A stretch of DNA of 61,613 bases, the filler included, from Streblomastix strix (lineage: Eukaryota), in the NCBI GenBank assembly GCA_008636045.1. It is 4 parts of 4 records of this genome, joined end to end, with 100 filler letters (N's around TTAATTAATTAA, not from the genome) between each part and the next. Parts side by side here need not be neighbours in the genome. Positions count along the whole stretch, not along the records: positions 1 to 15,332 come from SNRW01000999.1; positions 15,433 to 30,764 come from SNRW01001000.1; 2 more parts are not named here. The stretch is one strand, 5' to 3'. Position 1 is the stretch's first letter. Every line of letters starts with the position of its first letter. A model generated the notes under the pieces. It worked only from the letters and a program-made list of their open reading frames with translations, did no database searches and was not told where the DNA came from. Below, in pieces: positions 12,794 through 26,800 of the stretch. The position numbers and the translations under genes are program-made.

Positions 12794-13128
12794 GTAATAT
12801 TTGAATTTTTTCCTAATATAATAATTATGTGAATGAATAATAAAAATAAATAATTTAAAAACAAAAATTTATAATTTAATAATAAAACTGTTTAATTTAA
12901 TTAAAATAATTTATTGATACTAAAATATAAATTAAATTTGACAAACAATTCCTGCATCAGATAGAGTAAAGATATCATTAAGCTATTTCCCATAAACAAT
13001 CAATTAAAATATTTAGATGGAAATCCATGTTCTTCTTCCAGTTTTTATTTCAAATCTGCAATTGTTGCTCTATTTGAAATTTCAACTTAGTAGGCTCTAT
13101 CTGATATTGATATTAATGTCAATTTCAT
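12794..13128 (-). pseudogene. Ubiquitin-like N-terminal exon (frameshifted) of the gene interrupted by Sola element B
   Basis: MKLTLISISDRAYQVEISNRATIADLKIKLEEEHGFPSKYF, then after a 1-nt shift QLIVYGKQLNDIFTLSDAGI, which fits the ubiquitin-fold pattern. A probable intron follows (~12816-12920). Confidence 0.7.
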
Positions 13129-14952
13129 TATATAATATTATTTGAATAAGCAAAGTATTAAAAAATCATATAAGAATTAAAAATCAAACATTAGGTGCTT
13201 TGAAATATAATTAATGAATAAAGCACTCAATAATAAATATACCTATTGAAAACTTCATAATAATTATTCAAATTTATATATATTTTATAATATAAAAGTT
13301 TTCAAGTAATGGTATTTTTTTTTAAATTAATTTTAATGTGAAATTTAAATTTATAGTTTGGAATAAAATGTCGGATTTTAATAATAAATAAATGTAAAAT
13401 GATTTATTAATAATTAATTTATCTTTTTTTTAAAGAAATGTTCAATCGAATTGTCAACAAAACATTAATTCAATAATTTGGGGTCAAGAATAATGTATAC
13501 ATATTCATTTATATTTTAAATAACAAATATTATCATCATTTTAATTATTATAAAAAATCGTACAGTTTAAGATTACCGCTCGTCTGTTAGGGTTCATACT
13601 AAAATTGCACAATTAATTTTTAATTATTTAAATATTAATTAATTTTAATTCCAAACATATTAACAAATAATAATTTTTTATGCTATATTTATATTCATTA
13701 TTAAATCAAAAGAAACAATATTATTAAAAAAAAAAATCAATAAATTTTGAAGGTACTATGAATTAACTGCAATTCGTAGCTCAAAAATCAGCTATGTTTG
13801 AACTACAAATTAACCGTTATCTACTGTAGATGTTTTTTTCGATATAATCCAATATGAACAAGAAATATATTAAATTCTCTTCTTATGTAATATGCAAATA
13901 GATAAGAAAGAAATTATTTTTTATCCATAAGATCTAAAATAGACAGGAGAAAATTCAATACAATTTTTTGATACTAAATATTTAAATATAGATGTAAAAA
14001 ACGTATAAAGTATAGAAAAAAAGAATTAGGAAATAAAAAAAAATAATTAAGAAAAATTACATAGTTTGTTTACATGACAATTCGCAATTCATTTCATTCT
14101 TAAAATCCATATTGGATGACGACAATGTATTGAATCAAAGAATATATTATTTTTGCTTTTTAATAGATATTATTTTAGGAATTAATATTCTCACTTCTTA
14201 AATTGAAGAAAAAAATTTTTAACCTGAAGAACAACTCTATGAAAAATAACAAGTTGACTTCAAGCTAAATCAATATATGAAGTTCTAATTTATTTACACA
14301 ATTTTACTAATTCTGATAGAATTGATTTTGAAGAGCATTTTTCGTCATAGAATAAAAAGATTATGTATTATGAGATATATCTTGGTCGATTTAGGTTAGT
14401 TGAATTATCGCAGTTATCAAATAAAAATATAAATATGAATACAATTATTAATAGTGAATATTCAAGCAGGTAAAAATTATCAAGGGTATTAATATATACA
14501 ATAGAAATTATTTTTCACTGAAGATGAATGTGACGAGTTTCAATTCGTCTACTAGAAGTCCAAGTGGAATATGTCGAATTAATGAAGAAACTATGGAGCT
14601 TCATGGATATAATATTAGTATCTTTGAATATTTTTGTACATATAATTCAATTTTGCAAAAAAAAGATTGAATATGCGAAACAAATAAAAAATTTGACGCA
14701 AAATATATCGAGAAAACGAACGTGACGAGAAAGCAAGTGATGAAGTGAATTTAATCCTAACGGCAAAGTAATAGGAGACATTAATTAAATAATCTATTGC
14801 TCAATAAATTCTCGGAAAAGTGTAGAAATATATGATTCAGCTGAATTTTAAATTATTAAATCAATGAAAATTTATTTATGTTAATTAATAATAGAGCTAA
14901 TTAAGGTTATTTGTAAATTAACCATTAATTATGTCAATTATTATAAGTATTA

Positions 14953-15332
14953 CAGTTATGTCTTTTGGACCCGGACAGTACTTTGGAGCCGGACGCCCAT
15001 TGTGTTATAAATTTGGAATTATTTTTTCAAAAGCGAGGCAAATATGGGTAGTTAAACAGCAGCATTTCAAATTCTTATTTGTGACAGTAAGTGCTGTGAA
15101 TTATTATGATAAGTGTATGATTTACTTTATGGCGTAGCTTGCAACAATTTTTTTTCAATTTTGTACAATTTAAACGGGAAACGGCTCGAGTACATTTTGT
15201 TCCATTGAACTTCATCAGTTACTGCCTCAAAACGCCCATGAGGAACTTTTGAAGCAATCCTTGCTCATAGAAAGGATGAGCGGTTTGGCGACGGTGTTGT
15301 TGCCGCCTCTGTCGGTGCGACCACCTATGTTA
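14953..15332. mobile_element. Possible end of a Tc1/mariner-pogo-type element, cut by the contig end
   Basis: TA|CAGT start followed by the GC-rich direct-repeat pair TTTGGACCCGGAC / TTTGGAGCCGGAC in an otherwise very AT-rich background. The partner TIR is not visible. Confidence 0.3.
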
Positions 15333-15432
15333 NNNNNNNNNNNNNNNNNNNNNNNNNNNNNNNNNNNNNNNNNNNNTTAATTAATTAANNNNNNNNNNNN
15401 NNNNNNNNNNNNNNNNNNNNNNNNNNNNNNNN
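15333..15432. other. Artificial contig spacer N44-TTAATTAATTAA-N44
   Basis: The same 100-bp spacer occurs three times at ~15.43-kb spacing. TTAATTAATTAA is a six-frame-stop linker. Confidence 0.95.
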
Positions 15433-16328
15433 GCATACAGTGAGCTTCACTGGCCAAACATTCTCCCAAATGACCTAAATAGCTCTTTGTAGCACTGTAG
15501 ACAACCGAGCCAGGAGTTGTGATAATGCCCAATCCAGAGGAAGTGAACAAAATTGCTCCTCTTTTCTTAGCTGTTAATTATCTATTGACAAGCCTTGGGT
15601 AGAGAACTTGAAATAGATGCTGATGTGTTACAATATTGGTATTGAATTGATCGAGAGACTTCTTTGTTGGTTGTGCTGCATTCTTTGAATAAATAAGATT
15701 TTAATAAGAAAAACAAAGAGAAATATTATAATGCCAATAAATAATTAACAATAATCAAATCAAATTGCACCTCAAATACTCCAAATCCAGCATTGAAATA
15801 AACGATACAGATATCAAGGCCAGACAACTATTGTACAATTTCCTCAGTAACTTGTTCTGGATTACCAGACAAGTCCGCTTTTATAGTTTTTGTTTCTATG
15901 TTTTAGTTGATGCTCAGTATGTCCGCAGCTACTTTGTTCAATCTCTCCTCGTTCTACCCAAGAATGACAACATTTAATCCAATCTTCGCAACCTTTTATT
16001 TTAATTTATCGATTAAAAATTAATTAAAAATTATTAATAGAAAAAAATCTTTTCAACCTTTTTTGCGAATGATTCTCCGATGCCACTGTTCCCTCCTGTG
16101 ATAAAACACCATCCACCGCCATAGCGCTTCTGGTTGCATAATAAAACAATTATGATAGTGTAATTTTAACATGTAATATATAATTATTATTACTTTCAAG
16201 TCCAGAGGGTTCAAGATGCGGACTACCAGTTGAGGAATGAGATAAATAAGCAAACTCAACAGTGACAATAAGCCCCACAGACTGAATATACAGGCAAAAA
16301 CAATGAGAACTATTACATAGGCCTGCAT
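15433..16328 (-). CDS. Short-chain dehydrogenase/reductase (17beta-HSD / very-long-chain 3-ketoacyl-CoA reductase-like), 3'-truncated, three introns
   Basis: N-terminal transmembrane segment, WCFITGGNSGIG (Rossmann TGxxxGIG), FNAG, FTSS and catalytic YSATK. Confidence 0.88.
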
Positions 16329-16599
16329 TTATAGTCCTTTTAAATAAATAATAATAAATTAAACATTTTTTTATATTTATGCATTATTTATTAATAGTAA
16401 TAATTAAAATTAACTTGGAGAAATATTTTTGATTCAGTTAGAGTAATATAAATATAGGATATGAAATGAATAATGTGTAATATTGAAATTTTTAAAAAGC
16501 TTGAATTATTCAATCAACAGATTATTACCTCGTATTTTTGTGATATAAATTAATTAGATATATTATTGTTAACTTAATTAATCTGATTAACTTCATTTT

Positions 16600-19500
16600 A
16601 TTAACAATTTTTTCTCAGAGAAATTTATCCCTTAAGGCATTTCATTTAAATCTGAATTTCTGAAACTCGTGAAAGAAAAACAAATTGATAATAATATTAA
16701 TTTTATATATTTTTTTAAAAGAATAAAAATAGTGCTATGTAAAATTAGTGCTGTTAAAATTATTAATGCTTCTAAATTATTCGACTTTGTATCATTCTTT
16801 AAATCAATACTATAAACATTTTCATTGCTTATTTTCAAGAATTTCTTTTTTAAATATCTCCTTAATCTTATTCTTCTTCTTTCGTTTATTCATTTTCTTA
16901 CTCATGTTTTTCAACTTTGTTTTCTTATTATGATAATAATAATGCAATTTCTAACATTTATTCTTCATTCATTTCATCAGAATCATTTTCTTTTATATTT
17001 GAATTCTTAATTTCAATTTGATTTGATGATTAATTATTTTAATTCTGTGAAAATTAAGTAGAAGACGTGGACGATAATTAACTGTTCTCACGTTCAAGAT
17101 AATATTTATAACTATCTTATTAATATTAAAGCTTCAATACATATTCTATTTTTTCATAATCATCAATATATTATTCTTTCTCTTTCCCTTTCTCTATTAT
17201 TTCTTAATTTTCTTTTCGTTTACTATTATTAAAATTTAACTAGTTCGTAACTAAAAGTGAAAGCTATAATGGAACTTCTATCAATTATTCATCTATATTT
17301 AAATTAATACACGATATTTTTACATTTTCTTTTTCTTTCATTTATTTATACTCATTCTTATATAAATTTTCATATTAATTCTCTAATTTTTAATCAAATT
17401 ATTATTCTTTCTCTTATTCTTATTCTTTCTCTTATTCTTTCTCTTATTCTTTTTCTTATTCTTATTAATATAATTATTTTTTCTCTTTTTCTTTTTCAAA
17501 TTCTTATTAATTTTCTTATTCTATTTATTATTCTATCTTTTATTCTTTCTCTTATTCTTTATCTTATTCTTTCTTTTATTCTTTATCTTATTCTTTCTCT
17601 TATTCTTTCTCTTATTTATCCTTTTATATTTATTCTTATTTCTATTTCTCCTATTCTTTCTTTTATTCTTTCGTTTATTCTTTATCATATTCTTTCTTTT
17701 ATTCTTTCTCTTATTCTTATTATTTTTATTTTAAATCATATTATTAATCTTATTCTTTCTCTAATTCTTATTCTTTCTCTTATTCTTGCTCTTTCTTTTA
17801 TTTTTATTCTTTCTATTATTATTATTCTTTATCTTATCCTTTCTCTTATTCTTATTCTTACTTTTATTCTTTCTATTATTCTAATTATTTCTTTTATTCT
17901 TATTCTTTCTATAATTTTTATTCTTGATCTTATTCTTTCTCTTTGTCTAATTCTTTCACTTATTATTTCTCTTATTCTTATTCTTATTCTTATTATTTCT
18001 CTTATTCATTCTCTTTTTCTTTCTCTTATTCTATTTATTGTTCTTTCTCTTATTCTTTCTCTTATTCTTTTTCTTATTCTTTTTCTTATTCTTTCTCTTA
18101 TTTTTATTCTTTTTCTTTCTCTTATTTTTATTCTTATTCTAATTATTTCTCTTATTCTTATTCTTTCTATTATTCTTTCTATTATTCTTTTTCTTTCTTT
18201 TATCCTTTCTTTTATTCTTATTCTTATTCTTATTCTTTCTATTATTCTTTCTCTTATTCTTTTTCTTTCTTTTATTCTTTCTTTTATTCTTATTCTTTCT
18301 CTTATCCTTTCCAATATTCTTACTCTTATTCATTCTTTTATACTTTATCTTATTCTTTCTATTATTCTTATTCCAACTCATATTATCGTTTCTTTTATTC
18401 TTTCTCTTATTCTTATTCATTCAGTTATTCTTTATTTTATTCCTAATCATATTCTTTCTCTAAATATTTATCCTATACAATCTTATTTAAATTAATTAAT
18501 TTCATTAACTCTTTTGCTTTAATTACAATTCCTTGATCACTTGAAGATGAAAGTTTGTTTAATTGGTAATTATTTATTAATTTTAAAATATTAATATTAG
18601 TTTCATTATTCCCATATTTATATAGATTAATTATTAGTTATAGGTGATATTCATATTCTTCTTCTATATACTCAATAAACAATAAATTATTCATTTTATT
18701 AAGGAATTTATCTGCAAGAATAAGTTCATGATTTTCTATTTAAAATTAAATTATAAAAAATAGAAATAAATTAAATTAAATAAATATTATTATTTACATA
18801 CAAATACATTCAGCAAGAAATGCTAGTGCTTGAATGGAATCAGACGAAAGATTTGAATTATCTTATTGTATTTGATGTTTGAGATAAATAATTATCGAAG
18901 ATCTATATTTCAACGGAATTGGATTTGCTTTAAATAAATATCCAATTGAACATGCAGCTTATGTATTAATATCTTAATCTTCAAATTTGTCATTATTGAA
19001 TATTTCAATTAGTTTTGATAATGTTCCATCTTTCTCCATCTCTTTTAGAAGTGGATTTGGTTTTCCTTCTCCTTCCAATGAACCAATTCCATAAAATATT
19101 TTCATTAATATAAATGTTGAATAATTTAAAACTTATTCATTTTCACTATTCAATATTTTATTCATTACTTTCAAAATTTCTTTTCTAACAACAATCTTTT
19201 TTAATCCAGAATTACTCGAATCAACAAGATGAAATAGAGGAATTAGGTGAAATTGATTAATATTTTCAATTGGAAGTTTATTGAGAAGAGAAATAATTTC
19301 ATCAATAATTCCTCCAAATTCAATTGCAAATCGAAATGATTCTTTATTATTATCAAGAAGAACAGATGCAGCTTCACATCCAAGTAGAATAAGATAATGT
19401 TTAGTCCAATTCATTTCTCCTTCTAATGATGAATGAATAGCTTTGCAGATATCTTTCAATCCTCCCTATTCAATAATCTTCATTTTTTCTTCTGAATTTT

Positions 19501-21090
19501 TCCCATCTCCTTCTTTTTTAATTGAATTCATTTTTTATTCTTAAATATTATATAATTCCTTCTCTTCTTCATTCTTATTCTCTAATTCAATCAATTTCAA
19601 AAATTCAAAAGATGTTTTTGATATATTTATATTTTATTTTTGTGAAAGTTCTTCAATTCGATTATTACTAATTGATTTAATTATATTTGATTTTGATTCA
19701 ATATTTCCATATTTGAATAGATTGATAATAAGATAAAGAATATATTATTTATTATTCTATTCATCATTTAATAGTTAATTCAGTTTAATAAGGAAATCAT
19801 CCGCAAGAATAATTTCATGGTTTTCTATTTAATATTAAATTAAAAACAGAAATAATATCAAATATAAACAATCAAAATTTAATTAATATTCATACATTCG
19901 CATTCAACAAGTCAAATAATTGAAATAAGAAAGTAAGAAGCAATAACAGAATTGGTATTTAAAATAATATCTTTAAGATGAATAATAATTAAAGATTTAT
20001 TTAATAAAGAAACTAAATTTGCTTTAAAAAAATATTCAATTGAGCATATTACTTAAAATTGTATATATTCATTTTCATATTTATCATTTCTGAAGATTTC
20101 AATTAATTTTGTTAATATTCCATCTTTCTCCATATCTTTAAGAAGTTGATTTGGTTTTCCTTCATCAATTTCTTTATCAAATTCAAATATAATTTCTTAA
20201 ACTAATTTGAGTATTTATGCAATAATTAATTCATTTTCACAATTTAAAAGTTAATTTACAAGTTTCAATAAATTCATTTATAGAAGTTACTTCCAAATGT
20301 TTTTGTTACAATATGTTGTCTAAGATAATAATGGGTGAATATAAATTGGATATATTTCTATGAGAGAAAGATTCATTAGCATTTAAATTAACGAATTGAT
20401 AACTCCAACCTAAATTGTAATTGTTTGATTATTAAAATTGTGTATAAGTTATTTATCAAGAATTGAACATATAACATCAATTTGCAGTTTTGATAGACTT
20501 TCAAATTTATCTAATTTTTCTTTGATTTCCTCAAAAGACATATTCATTTCAATCAAATCTTTTTCAGCTTATAATTATTCTTTTGATGCTTATAATTAAT
20601 TTTATATACAAGTAGGATTTCCAAAAGAACGAAAATGATGACTATAAATAGAATCAGAAAAATTCAATTATGGTAGTTGAGAATCTTATTAAATAATTAA
20701 TGATTATGATTAAGAAGAAGATTATTAAATTTGAGATTAATCTTAGAGATCTGAAAATTGATATTCTTATGAAATAATTTGTAATTGAGAAATAGATTGA
20801 AGTTATTTTTCATTAGGAGAAATATATGTTTAATCTTTATCAGATTATTATTTAACTTCTATTTATTATTATGAAGATGATTCACATTTCTATTTTATTT
20901 AATCATCATTATTTTCAATCTCTTATAGATTTAAATCTTCAACAATCAATTGGAGTTCATTATTTATTTCTTCTTCATTTTCTTATTTTTCTTCTATTTT
21001 CTATTAATTTTGATTTTACTATAGTTGAGAACTTAACCAATGAAGAGATTTTCCTTTTTTATGTGGATCTTCTATGGGTAAAAATTTCTT
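16600..21090 (-). CDS. Long tail downstream of the kinase: Q/E-rich linker, two duplicated ARM-like helical modules, EKEQ repeats. It may be the same gene as the kinase; boundaries approximate.
   Basis: Modules at ~18690-19130 and ~19790-20230 share sequence (GKPNxLLKxMEKDG.L.KLIEIF, ENHE.ILAD) and an intron position. Reading frames are open with TAR=Gln, with apparent frameshifts near 21030-21085. Confidence 0.5.
17401..18460. repeat. Degenerate 6/12-bp coding tandem repeat (TTATTCTTTCTC)n, encoding (EKEQ)n on the minus strand
   Basis: Many ttattctttctc / ttattc units. The minus strand reads GAG AAA GAA TAA. Confidence 0.85.
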
Positions 21091-22674
21091 TAGTTCGGAT
21101 GCGGGGAAAATAAAAGAAGGGATTGAATCATATTTATTATTTCCAGAATAATATTACGATTATACTTAATTTGTAAGTTTTTCTTATTCTTTTGAAATAT
21201 CAGCAAGTGCTTCAGGCGATGTGAAATATGGATGTTTGAGAGCTTAAGCAGCTGAAAATCTTTTATTTGGATCAAACTCTAACATGTTCGAAAGAAGATC
21301 CCAAAGAAGATTATCTTTTATTTCAGAAGGTCTCTTTATACATTTCAATTGAGACATCTTTCTGCAATATAATAAATAAACATATATAAAAATATAAAAA
21401 ATAATATCAATTCAAACTTTCTTTATTCTTTGAAGTTTCTTTCATTCACTGGATATTTATGTGTGATAAGTTTGTAGAATGTGATACCAAGAGCATAAAT
21501 ATCTACTTTTTTTGTTATAATAGGATTATCAAGGAATTGTTCCGGTGACTAAAAAGTTAATAAATAAATAAATTTTTAAAACATTCATAATATACCATAA
21601 AAGGAACTGTCCTAAATATGAAGAAGAAATAATAAAAATGAATGATAGTAAAATAATCAAACCCAGCTTGTTACGTTTGTTTATTAGTTAAATCAACTTT
21701 CTTTGCAAATCCAAAATCTGAAATCTTCGCATAAACAAGACCAGATCCAGGTGGACTGTGCAAGAGGATATTATCACACTTAATATCCCTGAATTATGAA
21801 CATAAATAATATTAATCACAATATATAAATTAAATAAAAATATCACCTATGGACAAGATCTGCAGAATGAAATACACGCATTCCTTCAACTACAGGAAAA
21901 AATAAAGAAAAATAAATAATATAATGTATACATACGGATTTAGTTCATCAGTGCCCTCAAAATGCAACTTGGAAGAGAAAATTGAGATTATTTTGCAATA
22001 ATGTTCAGTGTCTATAATAAAAATAAAAATTATTAAATGTAAAATGAAAAAAAAAATTGTACAAACATTCATATTTGAATATTCTAAAATTAAAATTTGA
22101 TAAGAATTATTGAGTTTATTTTATTTATGATCCATGATGAATGGGCACCATGAAACTTCCCTAGAAATCAAAATAATTACAATAAATAATATTTTCAAAC
22201 TAAAAAAATTAAAAAATAAGTAAAACTTGTGAATAATTTCAGATGCTTCCAATTCTCTGATATCAAATTTTTCCTTCTTAATTATCTTAACAGCAACAAT
22301 TCCAAATTTACGGTCATATGCTTCATAGACACTGAAATAAATTCACAATAAAAAAAATAAATTAATTTTTTTAAAATAATTATTAATTAAATACCTTCCA
22401 AAAGCTCCACGACCTGAAAATAAATAAAATTTCGATAAAATTAAAAATTATCATAAAAATTTAATTAGAAAATACCAAGAGGACGAATTGGCTATTTGTT
22501 AAATGTAAGATATTTAATAAAAATAAATTGATAAATATGTTAAGATGATAAATAGAATTAAATTCAAACCACGAGATCTTATTAACGAAGAATCTCCTCA
22601 TAATCAACAAATGCAATTTTTTATTCTAAGTTTGGTTATTGTTATATTTCTGAATTCGAATCTTGTTTTTTCAT
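21090..22674 (-). CDS. Ser/Thr protein kinase domain, many short introns
   Basis: LG|RGAFG|SVY, IVAVKII, LVH|RDIKCDNILL, ISDFGFAK and LEFDPNKRFSAAQALKHPYF. Putative ATG at 22674. Confidence 0.88.
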
Positions 22675-23879
22675 GGATTCTGACTATAATAAAGGATCGG
22701 ATAAAAATTATTTAATATAAAAAATTAAGAAAAACAAATTATATTGCAAAAAAATTACAGTTAAAAAATATGTTTTTTAATTAGAAAATTAAAAGCAAAG
22801 TGTAAAAGATTATATATTAAAAAGAATTGTCCATAAAGACAATGTATATTTATTTCATGAAAAGTTAAAAATTAAAATTTATTTCAAGAGTAGCGATTTT
22901 ATTTGATTTTTCAAAAAAAAAAAAATATTTAAGTGGAATTTGTAGCATAAGAAAACAAGTAAAAATTTAAGTTTAATCAAAAAATAGAATCGTAATTATT
23001 TAAAATAATAATATATATATAATTATAAAAAATATCAAAATATAGACAAATAATAATTAGAAATATGAAAAATTTAATAAAATTATTGAAAAAAAAGCGC
23101 TTTAAGAGTCTATTTACTATAAAATTTTAATGGAAATTAATTAAAATTAAAAAATTAAAGTATATGATTAATTATTAATGTTATAAAGCACAAATTAATA
23201 CATAAATGCCAATGTAGAGAGAAAATTTAAAAAAGTTGTGTGATTCTCATAAGTAGAAGAAAGTTTTTTTAACATTATTTTGAAAATATATTACAAATAA
23301 GAGTTAAAATTTATTTTAAATATAAATAATTACATATTGCTTTAAGAATTGTTATGAAATAATATAAACAATTTTTAAGTATAGACAGATTGATTTTCAA
23401 TTGTAATTATATTCCAAATTAAATTTAATGATTTTATTAGATAATTTTTAAAATTTTAATTAACATAAATCTGTAATTTACTTAGAAAAATTGTTCTTAT
23501 AATATCTATTCGTGACAATTATAATAATGTGTGCTATTTGATAATTTATTTTAGTTATGATCGTATATAATAAATATTTGAATCATTAAAACAATTAATA
23601 TTAGTATTACCATGAAAACACTAATTAAGATATTTGTCGATTTTCTGCTGAAAAAATAATTAAAAAGTTCCTTATATTATATAATGTTTTATAGAAGTTA
23701 TTATCTCGAAATACTTATATTCTTTTTAACATTAGTTTTTTTATCATTAAAACATTTAATGCATATTAAATATTTCAGAAAAAAATATACTTTATAGACT
23801 AGTCAATGATTATAATCATTTATAAATTTTTTTATTCATTTTGTAATTATTATTTTTGTTTTATTTGTTAATTTTCAGA

Positions 23880-26800
23880 ATGATTCCAAAGCTCGCAAGC
23901 TATCTACGCTCAATCGACCAAAAATCGCGCGAAAACTGGGTACGAAAGCGCATTTTTGAAGTAGATGCACGCGAAATGGCCGGAGTGTAAAAAGAATTTC
24001 TCACTGTACCAGCTCTCTTCGCACAGACAAAACTCGGCCTCGATTAAGCTCTTGCTGTTCTAATTTCAGATATCGAAGCGAATTACAAAACTCTTAAAGG
24101 CAAGAACGTTCTACTCTCTTTGAACTATCCACTTGGAGAAGATGCAACAAAAGTATTACTTTAATATTACTATCAACTATTTACATATATTATCTATCTA
24201 TATAGGAAGATGCAATGTCTTTAGGAGCTCGTGTCGATTGGCGTCGATGCGAAATCAACGAATAAAAAAAGGGATTTTTTTAGTCCTTAGTTGATTGGCT
24301 TATCTGGAGATTGTAACAGAAAGGAAAACTTGAGAAACGATCTGGAGTCCCACTTATTTGGTCAGAACTGCAAATGCAGCCTTGTTTAGAATAGGACCGA
24401 ATTTTGGGGAAAGATTCAACACCTGCAAAATTTATATTAGCGAAACACCAGTTGATTGATTTCCCCAAAAAAGTTATAATGACTAAATTAGATCACATCA
24501 ATAAGAAAGACTTCCTTCCCAATAGTATAACACTTGCTGAATTGAAACAACTATGTGGTTTACCTGATATTGATGAAACATCAGAAGTTACTCACAATTC
24601 AAATCAAAATCAAAATCAAAATCAGCAACAATTCGAAGTCCAAGCGAACATTTTCTGCTTAACATCAACACGACGTCCTGAAGTAATGCTAAACCAAGTC
24701 GGAATCTGGGTCAACCCCAAAACGAAGCTGAAAGGGTACCAGTTCTTTCTTCCTCAGAGTAAAGATATATACATCTGCACTGAAAGAGCGGCGAGAAATA
24801 TCTTCTTCTAATATTGTCTGCATATGCTGAAAGACGACGAATATAATACTAATTCAAATGTTTTCTAATTCTCCAATGCAATTGCAGATAGGTAACGTAT
24901 AACAGTGAATGATCTATGCGTATTTGAAACAAATGGTACTGATTTAATAGGACTTCGTGTAGCTTCCAATCCGTTCAACAAGAATCCAGTCTTCAATTCC
25001 GACAATTGGAAGATCGAGAGCTAAAAATCTCAAGTAGACATAATTACTGAACAAGGACTTGGACCAATGAACGGATGTGTGTTCATTATTCCTGGGTACT
25101 TCGTGAAAGATGAAAAGGGAACAGGATTTGTTGATGGGTGTTTAGGAGGAAGTGCAAAATAGAGACTTGAATATAATACAGTTCTAAAAGATGGGCATCT
25201 ACCGTATGGAATTGGTTTGTGGCATTAAGTCAGGTAAATTAACTACTTGAATAGTAGCAGTACAGATGATCTAGATGATGAATATGATGATACGGAAGAG
25301 ATTGAAGCCCGTGAGAAGTAGCGTAACAGTTTAGCATATAAACAAACTCTATGTATATGCCCCAGAATTGAAGATTGGACAAACTAAGAAAATTTCAAGT
25401 CAGTTATTCGAACCACAGTAGCAATTGGAGATCTGAATATGTCAGATCGTTTTATTGAGATCGATTTGGAGATAGAGAAGAAATTGGGGATAACTGAAGG
25501 AAATGACGATCAGGATGAAGATGAAGTATAGAATAATTAGATACAGAAGAATAAAAGCAGAAGTAAGAGCCCCAAATAGAATGCGAACTAGAGTTTGATA
25601 TGGGGGAATTATAATGATAATCAGAAATTTAATGTGCTGCAGACTTCATAATAAATAAATCTGATATAGAAAGATTCACTAAACAAGCCAAATTCGACTG
25701 ATTTCAGCAATCCCCAAAATTTCTCCAGTAATTTTTCTGTTGCTTATCTAACACCAGTTGATGAACAACAAGACAATTTCTACAATGGTGAACAAGCACG
25801 AGATCGATCAGGAAGTTTATTTGGAATATAAGAAGATCCCCAGAAATAATAACAATAATAACAATATCAATAATAACAACAACAACGCGAAAACACAACT
25901 GAAGAACAAGAAACTAAAAAAAAGGATGTTGATACAATATTAAAGGATCTTAGTGATAATCGAAGACTATTAACTGATGCTATAATGCGAATTGGACTAG
26001 GAATACCTTATTACGAACCCCAGAAGCAGACAAAGACTCGTTTTGGCGAAGAATGCGTAGTTCGAACTGACTGCAGCCGATTACTGAAGAACGGGTTAGC
26101 CGAATGGGAAGATCCAAATTAAGATTCAGTCACAATGAGCTCATATGACAAATTTAACCTCAAAAGTGCGTATTTTGAAGGAGAAGACGCAGAATGGATG
26201 ATTCTGTACTCAGACGAAGACTGGAAGCAAGAAGCCATGGCATGCTTATCGCAGATGAGCTTCAGCGGTACGCAACGCGAGTCAACTACAAAAGCTGGTG
26301 TCAATAATTAGAGATTGAATCCAATGAACAGATAGTAATCTTTTTATAGGTCGAACTCAGTGGCGAATGGATTTGAGCAGAACAACAGCACTGACAACAT
26401 CAACAACAGTAACAGTAACTCGCAGTCTTTCAGAAATAGAGATGATTATCAGTAAAATCAATAATCGTCTTCAAATAACGCGATGGATGTTGTTGATAAC
26501 TTAGCCGATCTTTCTGGTGGGTCTGGAGGTGGGAATGTGATGCGGATCAGAATTAAACTTCTGAATACAATTGGTTCTGCTGATGATAAACCTTTTCTAA
26601 GGAGAAGTGGAGTTGGATATTTGTTTAATCCAGATGAATAGTTTGAGATTGAGAAGTAAAAATAATAGAGAATCCGAGATGGATATATGAACAGATAATA
26701 TTAATAATAATAAATCACTAATCTAATATTTGATCCCAAAATAAAAGATGAATAATAATAAAAGAAGAAGAAATAAATCCTGATAATCGATCCTCTTACT

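Noticed and set aside
13750..14850. Weakly coding-like plus-strand stretch
   Set aside because: No continuous frame or recognisable motif could be established.
17943..18446. ORF-track proteins rich in SYSF, ERIR or KNKR
   Set aside because: They are shadow frames of the EKEQ coding repeat. The true frame contains TAA as Gln.
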